Assembly (NCBI GenBank): GCA_013824265.1
Contig: PNNO01000003.1
Span: 12,902-76,901 of the forward strand
Reading direction: 5' to 3'
Length of the DNA stretch: 64,000 nucleotides
From: a bacterium
GTDB lineage: Bacteria; Patescibacteriota; Gracilibacteria; UBA1369; PNNO01
The position numbers and the translations under genes are program-made. Of this stretch, positions 1 to 9,680 are shown piece after piece. The notes beneath the pieces were generated by a model that saw only the letters and a program-made list of their open reading frames with translations, ran no database searches and was not told where the DNA came from. Each line of letters opens with the position of its first letter. The stretch's first letter is position 1.

Positions 1-1931
1 CCTCCGTAATTTCCATCTTCAATATATTTTTTTGCGTTGTCCCAAGCTCCTCCGCCTGTAGACATGCTAATTGCCATCAAGAATCCAACAATTATAACTC
101 CTACAAGAAGGCCTCCAAGTACGATAGGCCCAAGGAATACTCCAACTAAGATAGGTGTTGTTACAGCCAAAATTCCAGGGAAAATCATTTCTTTTAATGC
201 AGCTTTTGTAACGATATCAACACATTTTCCATATTCAGGTTTTGCCTTGCCTGTCATGATTCCTTTTATATCTTTGAATTGTCTTCTTACTTCAACAACG
301 ATTTTGTGAGCCGCTTTTCCTACTGATTCCATCAATGAAGATGCGAATATAAACGGCAATAGACCTCCAATAAATAAGCCTACGATTACACGATAGTCGG
401 AAAGAGAAAATATGAATTCTTTATCTGTAGCTTTTGTTAGTTCCTCGGTATAAGCCTGGAAAAGAACAAGTGCTGCAAGAGCCGCACTTCCGATAGCGTA
501 ACCTTTTGTAACCGCTTTTGTTGTGTTTCCAACTGCGTCCAAAGCATCAGTATTCTTTCTTACTTTCTCGGGAAGGTTTGCCATTTCAGCTATACCTCCG
601 GCGTTGTCCGTAATTGGTCCGTATGAATCGGTTGCAATAACAAGTCCGGTTGTTGAAAGCATTGCAACGGCAGCTATTGCTATTCCGTAGATTCCGCTTT
701 GTGCTACAGATGCTTCACCGAAGAAATAGGCAACAATGATTGCCGTAACAATCAATATTACAGGCAAGAAAGTGCTCTCAAGACCAACAGCAAGTCCGGA
801 AATAATGTTTGTTCCAGCTCCTGTTTCAGAAGATTTTGCAATCTTTCTTACAGGTTTATATGCCGTTGATGTGTAGTACTCTGTAATAACATTTATGAAT
901 AATGTTACCACAAGACCAACAACTGCGGCGTAGAAAATATTTATATCGCCGATCATTGAATCGGTGACAAAATAAAATCCAATTGCAGATAAAACTCCCG
1001 TGACTATCATTCCTCTATAGAGGGCCATCATTATATTTTTCTTGTTTTTTCCAAGTCTTACAAACCATGTTCCTGCAATAGAAGCCAAAACCGCTATTGA
1101 ACCAAGTGCAAGAGGATACTCTATTCCGCTTGTTCCAAGTGTGTCTGTAAGTGCTGAAGCCGCCAATATCATGGCAGCAATAAGAGTAACTGCGTATGTT
1201 TCAAAAAGGTCAGCTCCCATTCCGGCGCAATCTCCAACGTTGTCTCCAACGTTATCGGCGATTACCGCAGGATTTCTTGGGTCATCTTCAGGAATCCCTT
1301 TTTCAATTTTTCCAACAAGGTCCGCTCCAACGTCCGCCGCTTTGGTGAAAATACCTCCGCCAACACGTGCGAAAAGAGAGACAAGTGATGCTCCAAATCC
1401 GAATCCTATAAGTAAGTTTGGTGTTTCACCGGCTGGGACACCAAGAAGTTTTGTGAATATTGCGTAAAAACCGGCCACACCCAAGAGTGCAAGTCCCACA
1501 ACGGAAAGTCCAGTTACCGCTCCTCCTCTAAATGCTACCATCAATCCTTTCTTAAGACTGTGTGAAGATGCCTGAGCGGTGCGTACATTTGCTCTAACTG
1601 AAACGCTCATTCCAATGTAACCCGCAAGTGCGGAAAACAAAGCGCCAACAAAAAAGCCAACGGCTAAAAGTAATCCATTGTTGTGCGCACCTTTTGGAAT
1701 TACGTAAGCAAGTAGTAAGAAAATTAATACCGCGAAGACAAGAATTGTAAAAGATTGTCTGTTTAAATAAGCAGACGCACCTTCTTGAATTGATTTTGCG
1801 ATGTCACGCATTTTTTGTGATCCAGTGTCTTGCATTAGGACGTTTATAATCAGTCCGACTGCGTAAACAAGGGCGATGACGGCTACGATAATTGAAACCG
1901 TAGACACATCAAGAAAGCCAGGTAGGTTCAT
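1..1931 (-). CDS. hppA: Membrane-integral H+-translocating pyrophosphatase, K+-independent type; 3' end runs off the window
   Basis: Absent from the ORF track because its stop lies outside the window. Manual translation from ATG at 1931 gives [10 protein letters not shown]...[19 protein letters not shown]..., then [20 protein letters not shown]...[36 protein letters not shown] and [12 protein letters not shown], all mPPase signatures. Confidence 0.97.
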   Translation of the reverse strand, partial: MNLPGFLDVSTVSIIVAVIALVYAVGLIINVLMQDTGSQKMRDIAKSIQEGASAYLNRQSFTILVFAVLIFLLLAYVIPKGAHNNGLLLAVGFFVGALFSALAGYIGMSVSVRANVRTAQASSHSLKKGLMVAFRGGAVTGLSVVGLALLGVAGFYAIFTKLLGVPAGETPNLLIGFGFGASLVSLFARVGGGIFTKAADVGADLVGKIEKGIPEDDPRNPAVIADNVGDNVGDCAGMGADLFETYAVTLIAAMILAASALTDTLGTSGIEYPLALGSIAVLASIAGTWFVRLGKNKKNIMMALYRGMIVTGVLSAIGFYFVTDSMIGDINIFYAAVVGLVVTLFINVITEYYTSTAYKPVRKIAKSSETGAGTNIISGLAVGLESTFLPVILIVTAIIVAYFFGEASVAQSGIYGIAIAAVAMLSTTGLVIATDSYGPITDNAGGIAEMANLPEKVRKNTDALDAVGNTTKAVTKGYAIGSAALAALVLFQAYTEELTKATDKEFIFSLSDYRVIVGLFIGGLLPFIFASSLMESVGKAAHKIVVEVRRQFKDIKGIMTGKAKPEYGKCVDIVTKAALKEMIFPGILAVTTPILVGVFLGPIVLGGLLVGVIIVGFLMAISMSTGGGAWDNAKKYIEDGNYG

Positions 1932-2115
1932 GATGCAGATTGTTATCTAATATATATGTTTAAAACCGTAGAGATTTTACCTATAGGAAAGCCAAAAGTG
2001 AAGCTTACTATTTATTTTGGGTTTGCCTAGATACGAGATTTGTTGAAGAATTTTATTCACTTATATATATGAATGCATTACAATACCTTCGATGTAATTT
2101 TTAAATCTCTATACA

Positions 2116-2820
2116 ATGAACGAAAACAACAAGCATGAAGGTGACATGCAAAAAGAATTCAAAAAGCATCTCGATGGAGCTGCAAGCACTTTTAATGACA
2201 TTAAGAATCCCGGAAAGTTTGATTTCAAGGCTGAATTTATGAATGCGATAGAAATTTTGAAGCTGAACGAAAAGAAAATGACCGAAGTAGCTACAAGAAA
2301 AACAACAGCAACTGCCGCACTTTTGTTTATATTGATTGGAATGGTGGCGGTTAGCCTAGGTATGTATTTAATGATTCCTTCCGTATGGAGACCATCATTG
2401 ATGTATCTTGTGTTTAGTATGGTTTATTCCCTTGTTGCAATGTTGCTTGTTATTTTTGCAACTGACTTTGTAGGGTCTCAACTGTTTAAAGGCAAAGGTG
2501 ACTTTGGACAGCTATTCAGAGTTTTCGGATACAGCTATATATTAATGATTCCTTATATATTGCTTGCTGTTGCTCCCGGATTAGCTTCAATTATAAGTCT
2601 TGCGGCTGGTGTTTGGATGCTAGTTGTGAGCTATAAAATTATAATGGTAATAAAAAAGCTTAATCCAACACATACAATTTTCACAATTTTGATTGTTGCT
2701 GTAGGACTTGGTGTCATTTCAGCTATTCTTGCGCAATTTGGAGTTGGTTTTGGATTTGGTGGCTATGGGGCAGAGATTAATAATTTAAATGATGCTCTTG
2801 ATGCACTTTCAAGAATCTAA
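2116..2820 (+). CDS. Yip1-family-like multi-pass membrane protein
   Basis: About five hydrophobic segments plus the LFKGKGDFGQLFRVFGYSY motif typical of Yip1 domains. Confidence 0.7.
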   Translation: MNENNKHEGDMQKEFKKHLDGAASTFNDIKNPGKFDFKAEFMNAIEILKLNEKKMTEVATRKTTATAALLFILIGMVAVSLGMYLMIPSVWRPSLMYLVFSMVYSLVAMLLVIFATDFVGSQLFKGKGDFGQLFRVFGYSYILMIPYILLAVAPGLASIISLAAGVWMLVVSYKIIMVIKKLNPTHTIFTILIVAVGLGVISAILAQFGVGFGFGGYGAEINNLNDALDALSRI

Positions 2821-2883
2821 TTAGAAAATCATTCAGAATCCGTCGATTTGAGGCCAATAATTGTTCCAAAAAGACGGATTTTG

Positions 2884-2892
2884 TGTTATAAT
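2884..2892 (+). promoter_or_regulatory. Extended -10 promoter element (TGtTATAAT)
   Basis: Perfect TGnTATAAT 26 nt upstream of the ATG at 2919. Confidence 0.55.
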
Positions 2893-2918
2893 AGAAAGAA
2901 AAATAAAGTTGTTTTACT

Positions 2919-4661
2919 ATGGCTGAAGGCGATAACAAAGAAACGGCTCAACAATCTAATCCTGCGAATCAGGGAATAACCTCTCAAACAGGGGGAAATC
3001 CTGCCGGTTTAAAGAAAAAAAGAAGAAGACGCAGGCCAAAGAATAGAAAACCGAACCCTGTTCAGCAGGCGGTTGCAGTGGAGTCGACCCCTACCGCCCA
3101 GGCTGTAGCTACTGCCCAGGTTGTAGAGCAAAAAGATGAATTTTCTTTGGAGCCTCTTGCTAAAGATGAGGCAGTATCTGGTATTTCCGCTATTTCCGAG
3201 CCGGATATTACATTGGAACCGGCAGTAACTGATCCTGTTTTGGTAGAGCCCGAATTAGAGGTTATGCCGGAACCGGAGGTAAAGTTAGAGCCGGAAGTAG
3301 TTTCAGAGACCGAGGTAGTGCCGGAGATTGAAGTAGTTCCGGAACTCGAGGTAGTTACAGAGCCGGATTTGGTTCCTGAACCGGAACAGAAAGATGAATT
3401 CGGATTGGAGTCCGAGCCAGTTTTGGAGACAGAGCCGGAAATTATCCCGGTACAGGAGCCTGAACCTGAAGTAATTCCTGAGCCAGAACCACTTCCAGAA
3501 CCACTTCCAGAACCAGAACCGGTCCAAGAACCGGAATCGGAGGTTGTCCCGGTCGATGCAGGAGCAGCCGCAGGTGCAGCAACAGGAGCAACTGTTGGTT
3601 GGGCGCAACTAAAGGATGCAATCAAAAAAGATCATGTCGAAACTGAAAAGAAAATGAAAGAATCGGCTTTTGGTGACGGGAAAAGTGCACGTAATCAGCC
3701 AGATTTACAGGAAGGAGAAGTTATTATTTCTTCATCATCACAAGCTCAACTTGATGATGACGAGCTTGAAAAGAAAGAAGTTATACAAATTATTACACGT
3801 TACGTTCTTGGGGGATGTGCCGTAATTGCAATTATTTCAGGAATTTTCTTCTTTAAATTGCCACAGATGGCTTTTGAAGGTATAACCGGAATTTTTAAAG
3901 GATCAGATACTCAGGAAGAAGTTAAAAATAATGGAGTGGGAGTAGACACAAGTTCACAGACGGACTTGAACGAAGGGCTCAAGTCTACTTTTATTGCCGG
4001 TGATAATAAAGGAACCTCACGTGATAAATTTGAGGAAGGAGTTGAAACCGCTTTGGTAACCGGAGAAGGAAGTCAGGTTTACGAGGGGGCTCCCGACGCT
4101 ATAAAGACACTTTATTTAACTGGGCTTGAGACCGTTAAGCCTGAATATTTAGACAGAATAGGGTCCTATATGGGTGTTTTGCTAAAACTTCAAAACGCTT
4201 TTGCTACAGATATTCATCAACTGCTTGATGGGTCAACCAGCAGGGAAGAGGCTTTAAATCTACATTTAATTGAACTCCGCGAAGCTTATCAGGAATCTCT
4301 TGATACACAGCGGGTTGTTAATGAAGAAAAGGATAGATTGAAGATTCAATTTAATGAAGCCACCACACAAAAGGATAAACTTGAGAAAGATTTCTTTGCC
4401 GCTCTCGACAAATTGGAGAGCAGTAAATCAAACGATATGCTTAATGCATTTATAGAAGTTTCAAAAAAACAAATCGAGCTAAAAGCTGAGTATAACTCGC
4501 TAAATAAGGTTTCCAAACTTTTTGAGACCGCTCTTTTAAACATGGACGCAAGAATAAAAGATATAGAATTAAATCGGGATGCTTTGATTCAGGGAGTTAA
4601 AGTTGTCGATATAAAAGGGTCGGATCTTAAGTTGATAATTCAGGAGTCCGATTTACTTTAG
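2919..4661 (+). CDS. Hypothetical bitopic membrane protein: Lys/Arg patch, Pro/Glu-rich disordered region, TM helix, C-terminal coiled coil
   Basis: 580-aa ORF with [21 protein letters not shown] repeats, TM segment [18 protein letters not shown] and a heptad-rich C-terminus. Confidence 0.85.
   Translation: MAEGDNKETAQQSNPANQGITSQTGGNPAGLKKKRRRRRPKNRKPNPVQQAVAVESTPTAQAVATAQVVEQKDEFSLEPLAKDEAVSGISAISEPDITLEPAVTDPVLVEPELEVMPEPEVKLEPEVVSETEVVPEIEVVPELEVVTEPDLVPEPEQKDEFGLESEPVLETEPEIIPVQEPEPEVIPEPEPLPEPLPEPEPVQEPESEVVPVDAGAAAGAATGATVGWAQLKDAIKKDHVETEKKMKESAFGDGKSARNQPDLQEGEVIISSSSQAQLDDDELEKKEVIQIITRYVLGGCAVIAIISGIFFFKLPQMAFEGITGIFKGSDTQEEVKNNGVGVDTSSQTDLNEGLKSTFIAGDNKGTSRDKFEEGVETALVTGEGSQVYEGAPDAIKTLYLTGLETVKPEYLDRIGSYMGVLLKLQNAFATDIHQLLDGSTSREEALNLHLIELREAYQESLDTQRVVNEEKDRLKIQFNEATTQKDKLEKDFFAALDKLESSKSNDMLNAFIEVSKKQIELKAEYNSLNKVSKLFETALLNMDARIKDIELNRDALIQGVKVVDIKGSDLKLIIQESDLL
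3240..3545 (+). repeat. Degenerate 18-nt and 12-nt coding tandem repeats (PEVxxE / EPLP)
   Basis: ccggaggtaaagttagag / ccggaagtagtttcagag / accgaggtagtgccggag units, and gaaccacttcca twice near 3486-3509. Confidence 0.8.
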
Positions 4662-4733
4662 GTAAAAGAAGTCAGGATGTACTTATTGCTAATATTTATA
4701 TAAAATTGTATTAGCTTTTTTCTCTAAATCCAA

Positions 4734-6968
4734 ATGAAACGTGAATTATCTTCGCTCATAAACAGAGTGAGTGAATACAGCGACCATATTTCTGAAAAAC
4801 GCCTTGAAAAAGCGCTTAATTTTGCTGCAGAGGTATATGGTGACAGTAAAAGGATGTCTGGAGAGACTGTTCTTCAGCATGTGCTTGAAACAGCTAAAAT
4901 ACTTACAACTCTAAAAGTTGACGAAGAAACTTTGATTGCCGCCTTGCTTCATGAAGTGCCTGAATATTCAGAGAAGCATTACAATAATATTGAGGCAGAG
5001 TTTGGAAAAAATGTTGCAATTCTTGTTTCCGCATATGAAAGAATGGGTGTAATAAATGCAAGTCATGGCGAGAGTGAAATAGAAACGCTGCGAAAAATGG
5101 CTCTTGTGATGGCAAAAGATCTGCGAGTTGTTTTGCTTAAATTGTCTGACCGATTACACAATTTGCAGACACTTGAAAAGCTTGATAAGGACTTTAGAAA
5201 ACAGATGGCTCGGGAAACTTTGGATATTTACGTGCCGTTATCTTCAAGACTTGGAGTTTACAGACTTAGGTCTGTTCTTGAGGATCTTTGTTTTAAATAT
5301 TTAAATGAAAATGAGTATAAAGATATACAGGCTCAATTGAAAATTCTTGGTAAGAAAAAGAAAAATGCAATTGAGGATATAACCCGTGCCGTTGAGGACT
5401 TTTTGAAAGAAAAGGGAGTTGAGGCTTCTGTTGCCGGCAGATATAAAAACACCTACAGCATATATAAAAAGCTCAAGAAAAAGGGAAAAACATCAATTGA
5501 TGATATAAATGATATTTTTGCAATAAGGATAATTATTCCTACTGTATATGAAGATGATGGCGGTGAAAATGTTGGGAATTTATACGAGATTATCGGGCAT
5601 TTTCATAATAAATGGAAACCGCTACCCGGAAGATTTAAAGATTATGTTGGATTTCCAAAACCGAACGGATATAAAAGTTTGCATACAACTGTAATAGGAC
5701 TTGCGCCTCATTCACATAACGAGCCTGTTGAAATACAAATACGTACTGAGAAAATGCATGAAGAAGCCGAATATGGAATTGCCGCTCATTGGCTTTACAA
5801 AGAGTCTAAAGGGAAGTCAACTCAGGTTAAGGATGAGCAGGATCTTGCGGGTAAACAACGTGCGCAAATGGATTGGATACAAAGCCTTGCAAGGCTAAGT
5901 ATGCATTTGGACGGAGAAGGGGATGAAGATGAGAATTTTATGAAAGAGCTAAAAGTTGATTTGTTTCAGGACAGAATATTTGTTTTTACTCCAAGTGGTG
6001 AAGTTAAAGATTTACCACAGGGTTCAACCCCAATAGATTTTGCATACGCAGTACATACCGACGTTGGAAATAAATGTATTATGGGCAAAGTTAACGGCAA
6101 TGTTGTTCCTTTAAATTATGAACTTCAAAATGGCGAGGTGGTTGAAGTTGTTACGCGTTCAAATGCCTCTCCAAAGCTTGAGTGGCTTTCTTTTGCCAAA
6201 ACAAATGGCGCGAGAAATAAAATTAAAGGATTTTTTAGAAGTTTTGACCAAGATTATAATTTTAAAGAGGGCAAAGATATCCTAAATAAAAAGCTTGAGC
6301 AGATTGGTAAACCAAAGTTGGATTTAAAACTGACTGTTTTGAAAAATATCGGAGAAGAAATGAGTTCGTTGAAGAAACGTGAAGAGATCATAAAGCAAAT
6401 TGGCAGTGGGTCGGTTCTTGCTTCTTCCGTAATTAAAAGAATTTATACTCCCGAGGAAATTTTGGGATCAGCTCCGGGAAAGGGTACTCAAAAAACCGAT
6501 ATTAAAATTTCTGATGAAAGTGACATAGGAAAGCATATCTTTGTTGGTGGAGAAAAAGGTATGCCGGTAAAAATAGCAAAGTGTTGCAAGCCTACATTTG
6601 GCCAGCCAATAGCAGCTTTTATTACAAGAGGAAGTACCATAAGTATTCATAAGAAAGATTGTCCAATTTACAATTCAAGCAGTTTTGAAAGACATACAAC
6701 CGCTACTTGGGCGGGTCAAAAAGATGAGGATATTCGAATTATTAAATTAATTGTTGAAACACTTCCGGATATTCAGATAATGAAAGAAGTTACCAAACAG
6801 ATTAATAAAAGTCTCGCTTCAATTTTAAATTTTCATATTAAAAAGAGGGATGGGGAAAAGATTGTTTGGGAGATTCAGGTTGAAGTGACAAACTTTATGC
6901 AATTTTCGGATATATTGAATAACGTTTCTTCTTCTCAGGGAATTTATTCGGTAAGGAAAGCTTTATAA
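4734..6968 (+). CDS. relA: Long RelA/SpoT homologue, (p)ppGpp synthetase with degenerate hydrolase motif; TGS, ZFD and ACT-like domains
   Basis: RFKDY, KPNGYKSLHT, EIQIRT, AEYGIAAHW, VFTPSGEV..LPQGSTPIDFAYAVHT (TGS), AKCC. Confidence 0.95.
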   Translation: MKRELSSLINRVSEYSDHISEKRLEKALNFAAEVYGDSKRMSGETVLQHVLETAKILTTLKVDEETLIAALLHEVPEYSEKHYNNIEAEFGKNVAILVSAYERMGVINASHGESEIETLRKMALVMAKDLRVVLLKLSDRLHNLQTLEKLDKDFRKQMARETLDIYVPLSSRLGVYRLRSVLEDLCFKYLNENEYKDIQAQLKILGKKKKNAIEDITRAVEDFLKEKGVEASVAGRYKNTYSIYKKLKKKGKTSIDDINDIFAIRIIIPTVYEDDGGENVGNLYEIIGHFHNKWKPLPGRFKDYVGFPKPNGYKSLHTTVIGLAPHSHNEPVEIQIRTEKMHEEAEYGIAAHWLYKESKGKSTQVKDEQDLAGKQRAQMDWIQSLARLSMHLDGEGDEDENFMKELKVDLFQDRIFVFTPSGEVKDLPQGSTPIDFAYAVHTDVGNKCIMGKVNGNVVPLNYELQNGEVVEVVTRSNASPKLEWLSFAKTNGARNKIKGFFRSFDQDYNFKEGKDILNKKLEQIGKPKLDLKLTVLKNIGEEMSSLKKREEIIKQIGSGSVLASSVIKRIYTPEEILGSAPGKGTQKTDIKISDESDIGKHIFVGGEKGMPVKIAKCCKPTFGQPIAAFITRGSTISIHKKDCPIYNSSSFERHTTATWAGQKDEDIRIIKLIVETLPDIQIMKEVTKQINKSLASILNFHIKKRDGEKIVWEIQVEVTNFMQFSDILNNVSSSQGIYSVRKAL

Positions 6969-6974
6969 GCTTGA

Positions 6975-7592
6975 TTAATAAGAAAAGGCCAAGAATTGCT
7001 GGGTGGTCTTTTTAAGATTGTTTGTATCTTCCTGTTCCAGCGATAAGTTTATTATTTCGTTATATGGCTTTTCCAATAAAAACTTTAGAATCTTCTTAAT
7101 TCTAAGTGAAAGATCGTTAAATTCTGTTTGATTCAGAGAATATAAATCCGGCATGATTCCAAGTATCTCGCACAACTTTATTTTAAAGGCTTCGAATATT
7201 ATCTCCTCTTTTTCAAAAGTATTTAAAGCCTCCAATGTCTCGATTAAAAGTTTGTAAGAGGTCTGATGGTCTTCGTTTTCCGTTATGCATCTGTTTGTCA
7301 TCTTGGCGCTTTCCGCAGCCAAATAAAACTTGTTTAAATGTTCCCTGAAGTTTGCAAAACTTATAATCACAGTACACTCGGTTATTATTGTTGAGTGTGG
7401 TCCGTTATATAGTTCAAAATTACAAATATTTAAAATATCTATGTGTCCCGTGAATTTGCTTTCCATTCTTCTGCCTCCTTTTGCATATGCTTTTATTTTG
7501 CCAAAAAGGGGACTAAAAATGGTTACCAAATAATCTTTTTCTCCGCGCGGATACACCTGTAAAATTATACCTTGGGTTTTTTGAACGCGCAT
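6975..7592 (-). CDS. recO: DNA repair protein RecO
   Basis: N-terminal OB-fold motif GIILQ...GEKD..VTIFS...GKI...AKGGR...SKF. Confidence 0.9.
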   Translation of the reverse strand: MRVQKTQGIILQVYPRGEKDYLVTIFSPLFGKIKAYAKGGRRMESKFTGHIDILNICNFELYNGPHSTIITECTVIISFANFREHLNKFYLAAESAKMTNRCITENEDHQTSYKLLIETLEALNTFEKEEIIFEAFKIKLCEILGIMPDLYSLNQTEFNDLSLRIKKILKFLLEKPYNEIINLSLEQEDTNNLKKTTQQFLAFSY

Positions 7593-7596
7593 ATTT

Positions 7597-8565
7597 TTAC
7601 TCCAGGATTAATTTGCTTTTAAGGTAAAAATATACCGCCAGGAAGCTGCATAAAACTCCGAAAACCATTGAAGCTGCAAGTTCAATAAAGAATATTTTAA
7701 GTACAGGTATTGAGCTTAAATAAGATGCTATGCTTATCTCCGAAATGTTTATTCTGCTACCCATTATCAAAATAATTAATCCGGCGATTAACATTGCGAA
7801 TAAGCCGTAAAAAAGGCCTTCAAGAATAAACGGGAATCGTATGAAATTGTGCGTCGCGCCAACAAGTCTCATTATATAAATTTCTCTTTGTCTGTTGTAA
7901 ATTGTTAAAAGTATTGCATTTGAAATTATAAGAATTGATCCGCCTATAAAAATAACAAAAATCCAAAACATAACTTGATTTGTAATCCCGGACAGTTGTA
8001 TTAAATTTTCAGTTGCAGCTTGCGTAGCAGTATTTTGAGCCTGAGTATCGGTGATAGTGCTTGCAAGAAGATGCCTGTATTTTTCCTGATTCAAGAATTG
8101 TTGAACCATTATGTATAACTCCGGTCTTTCGGTTGTAATGTTTAAACTTGCCGGGAGAGGATTGTCGATACCATATTTGCTAAGGAACTCAGCTGTTTTA
8201 GGCCTTGTTTGTGATACTATCTTAAGCGCGTCGGTTTTTGATGTGTATGTTGCCTCTACCACTCCTTCCAGTCCTTTTAACTCCTTGATCATTTCCTGCG
8301 CCTGATAATATTCAGTGTTGTCCTTTAAATAAACAACTATATCCACTTTTCTTGTAAGGTCGTTTAAAGCTTTTTGAGTAACATAATTAACACTTAAAAT
8401 TATGTTAAAAATAAATATCAATATGCCCATAACCAATACGGTGGCAATGGTTAAATATTTATTTCTCCACATATTTGAAAAACTCATATTAAAAGCTTTC
8501 CCGATACTATGCCAAAAATGATGGCCATTATCTTTTTTATGATGATTATTCTGCATCTTCTTCAT
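7597..8565 (-). CDS. ftsX: Cell-division permease FtsX
   Basis: NPLPASL, ISNAILLTIYNRQREIYIMRLVGAT..FIRFPFILEG; four TM helices. Confidence 0.92.
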   Translation of the reverse strand: MKKMQNNHHKKDNGHHFWHSIGKAFNMSFSNMWRNKYLTIATVLVMGILIFIFNIILSVNYVTQKALNDLTRKVDIVVYLKDNTEYYQAQEMIKELKGLEGVVEATYTSKTDALKIVSQTRPKTAEFLSKYGIDNPLPASLNITTERPELYIMVQQFLNQEKYRHLLASTITDTQAQNTATQAATENLIQLSGITNQVMFWIFVIFIGGSILIISNAILLTIYNRQREIYIMRLVGATHNFIRFPFILEGLFYGLFAMLIAGLIILIMGSRINISEISIASYLSSIPVLKIFFIELAASMVFGVLCSFLAVYFYLKSKLILE

Positions 8566-8989
8566 TGCGTATTTTTATTAACGAAGATTTATAAATATCC
8601 GGTTCATATCCATCGAGTCTTACTATTTCCGTATTCATGTTCTCGTCAATTATCATCTTATTCAATTTGTAAGTAAACACAAATTGATCGTATCCAAGAG
8701 CTATTATGTGAGGTTTATGTTTTTTTATAACTTTGTATTTGTCGTCACTGTTGCCCATGACAACTTTGTCCGCTATACCGCTTTCTTTAACGCGATTAAG
8801 CCTTTCTTTCTCATCATGCTGCGGATATTCGCCTTTAACGTTCTTTACGGTATCGTCTTTTGCCACTACTGCTATAAGATAATTGCCAAGTTTCTTGGCC
8901 TGTCTTAAGAAAAATTCGTGTCCTGCGTGAAAGACATCAAATGTTCCAAAAACCATAACAATTTTTAAATTCTCTTTCTCCGTGTTCAT
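8546..8989 (-). CDS. Cytidylyltransferase-family protein, RibL-like FAD synthase
   Basis: FGTFDVFHAGH (HIGH-like), VVAKD, IALGYDQ and SS motif; size typical of RibL-like proteins. Confidence 0.75.
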   Translation of the reverse strand: MNTEKENLKIVMVFGTFDVFHAGHEFFLRQAKKLGNYLIAVVAKDDTVKNVKGEYPQHDEKERLNRVKESGIADKVVMGNSDDKYKVIKKHKPHIIALGYDQFVFTYKLNKMIIDENMNTEIVRLDGYEPDIYKSSLIKIRNEEDAE

Positions 8990-9294
8990 CAGATTCTGTC
9001 AGGAATGAATAAATTTAGGTAAATAAGCGCCAAAAATAAAATTATAACCAATAAGATGATTAGTATATTCCCGATTTTGTGGTCCTTTTCGGAAGTGGTG
9101 AAACTTATTTTCATACTCATGAATCCGTAAATAGCAGCGCTTAAAATAAAAGGTATCTCAAGAATATTCTTTATAGCATAGGAAATCTCCATGAAATAGC
9201 CGTTTGTTATCATTAAATGAGCGACTATATGCGTAAGTCCTATAATGAAGAAAAAGATTAACGCGACTTTTTGTACATTCCTGTCAGTATTCAT
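8989..9294 (-). CDS. Small hypothetical membrane protein (3 TM); start re-assigned to ATG 9294
   Basis: Three hydrophobic segments. Its TGA overlaps the next ATG (TGATG), and an extended -10 sits 6 nt upstream of ATG 9294. Confidence 0.7.
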   Translation of the reverse strand: MNTDRNVQKVALIFFFIIGLTHIVAHLMITNGYFMEISYAIKNILEIPFILSAAIYGFMSMKISFTTSEKDHKIGNILIILLVIILFLALIYLNLFIPDRI

Positions 9295-9300
9295 GTCGCT

Positions 9301-9309
9301 ATTATACCA
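9301..9309 (-). promoter_or_regulatory. Extended -10 (TGgTATAAT), probably giving a leaderless mRNA
   Basis: Minus strand reads TGGTATAAT-agcgac-ATG. Confidence 0.6.
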
Positions 9310-9386
9310 AGAGGTTGAGTTATAATAAATATTAACTTTTCCCGCTCTTTCGGTTAAACTGCGTTTGTGCATTTAATTTAAAATCG

Positions 9387-9680
9387 ATGCTTTCCGAAGA
9401 CGACGTAAAACATATAGCCAAACTTGCCAGATTAAAACTTTCCGATGAGGAGATAAAGAAGTTTTCCGGCCAGCTTTCCGGCATATTTAAGTATGTTGAG
9501 CAGCTTGATGAGGTTAATACAGATGGGCTTGAGGAGACATCACAGGTCACCGGGCTTAAAAATGTAACTCAGGCAGATGAAATTTCCACAAAATGTGACG
9601 GGAATGCTCTTTTGCTTTGTTCGCCCTTACCAAAAGAAAGAAAACAAATACTTGTGAAGTCCGTAATTAAAACCGAATAA
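9387..9680 (+). CDS. gatC: Asp/Glu-tRNA amidotransferase subunit C
   Basis: DVKHIAKLARLKL...IFKYVEQLDEV; overlaps the gatA start. Confidence 0.95.
   Translation: MLSEDDVKHIAKLARLKLSDEEIKKFSGQLSGIFKYVEQLDEVNTDGLEETSQVTGLKNVTQADEISTKCDGNALLLCSPLPKERKQILVKSVIKTE

Noticed and set aside
37..1467. Plus-strand ORFs 37..309 and 1042..1467
   Set aside because: They are antisense to hppA, which has clear family motifs on the minus strand.
2836..2881. Inverted repeat AATCCGTC...GACGGATT after the Yip1-like gene
   Set aside because: The stem is short and the loop about 28 nt, too weak to call a terminator or operator.
3240..3545. Tandem repeats as a possible CRISPR array
   Set aside because: The repeats are degenerate, in-frame and lack unique spacers; no cas genes are in the window.
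3062..3625. Ser/Gly-rich 187-aa and Trp/Phe-rich 101-aa minus-strand ORFs
   Set aside because: They are antisense shadows of the Pro/Glu repeat tract in 2919..4661.
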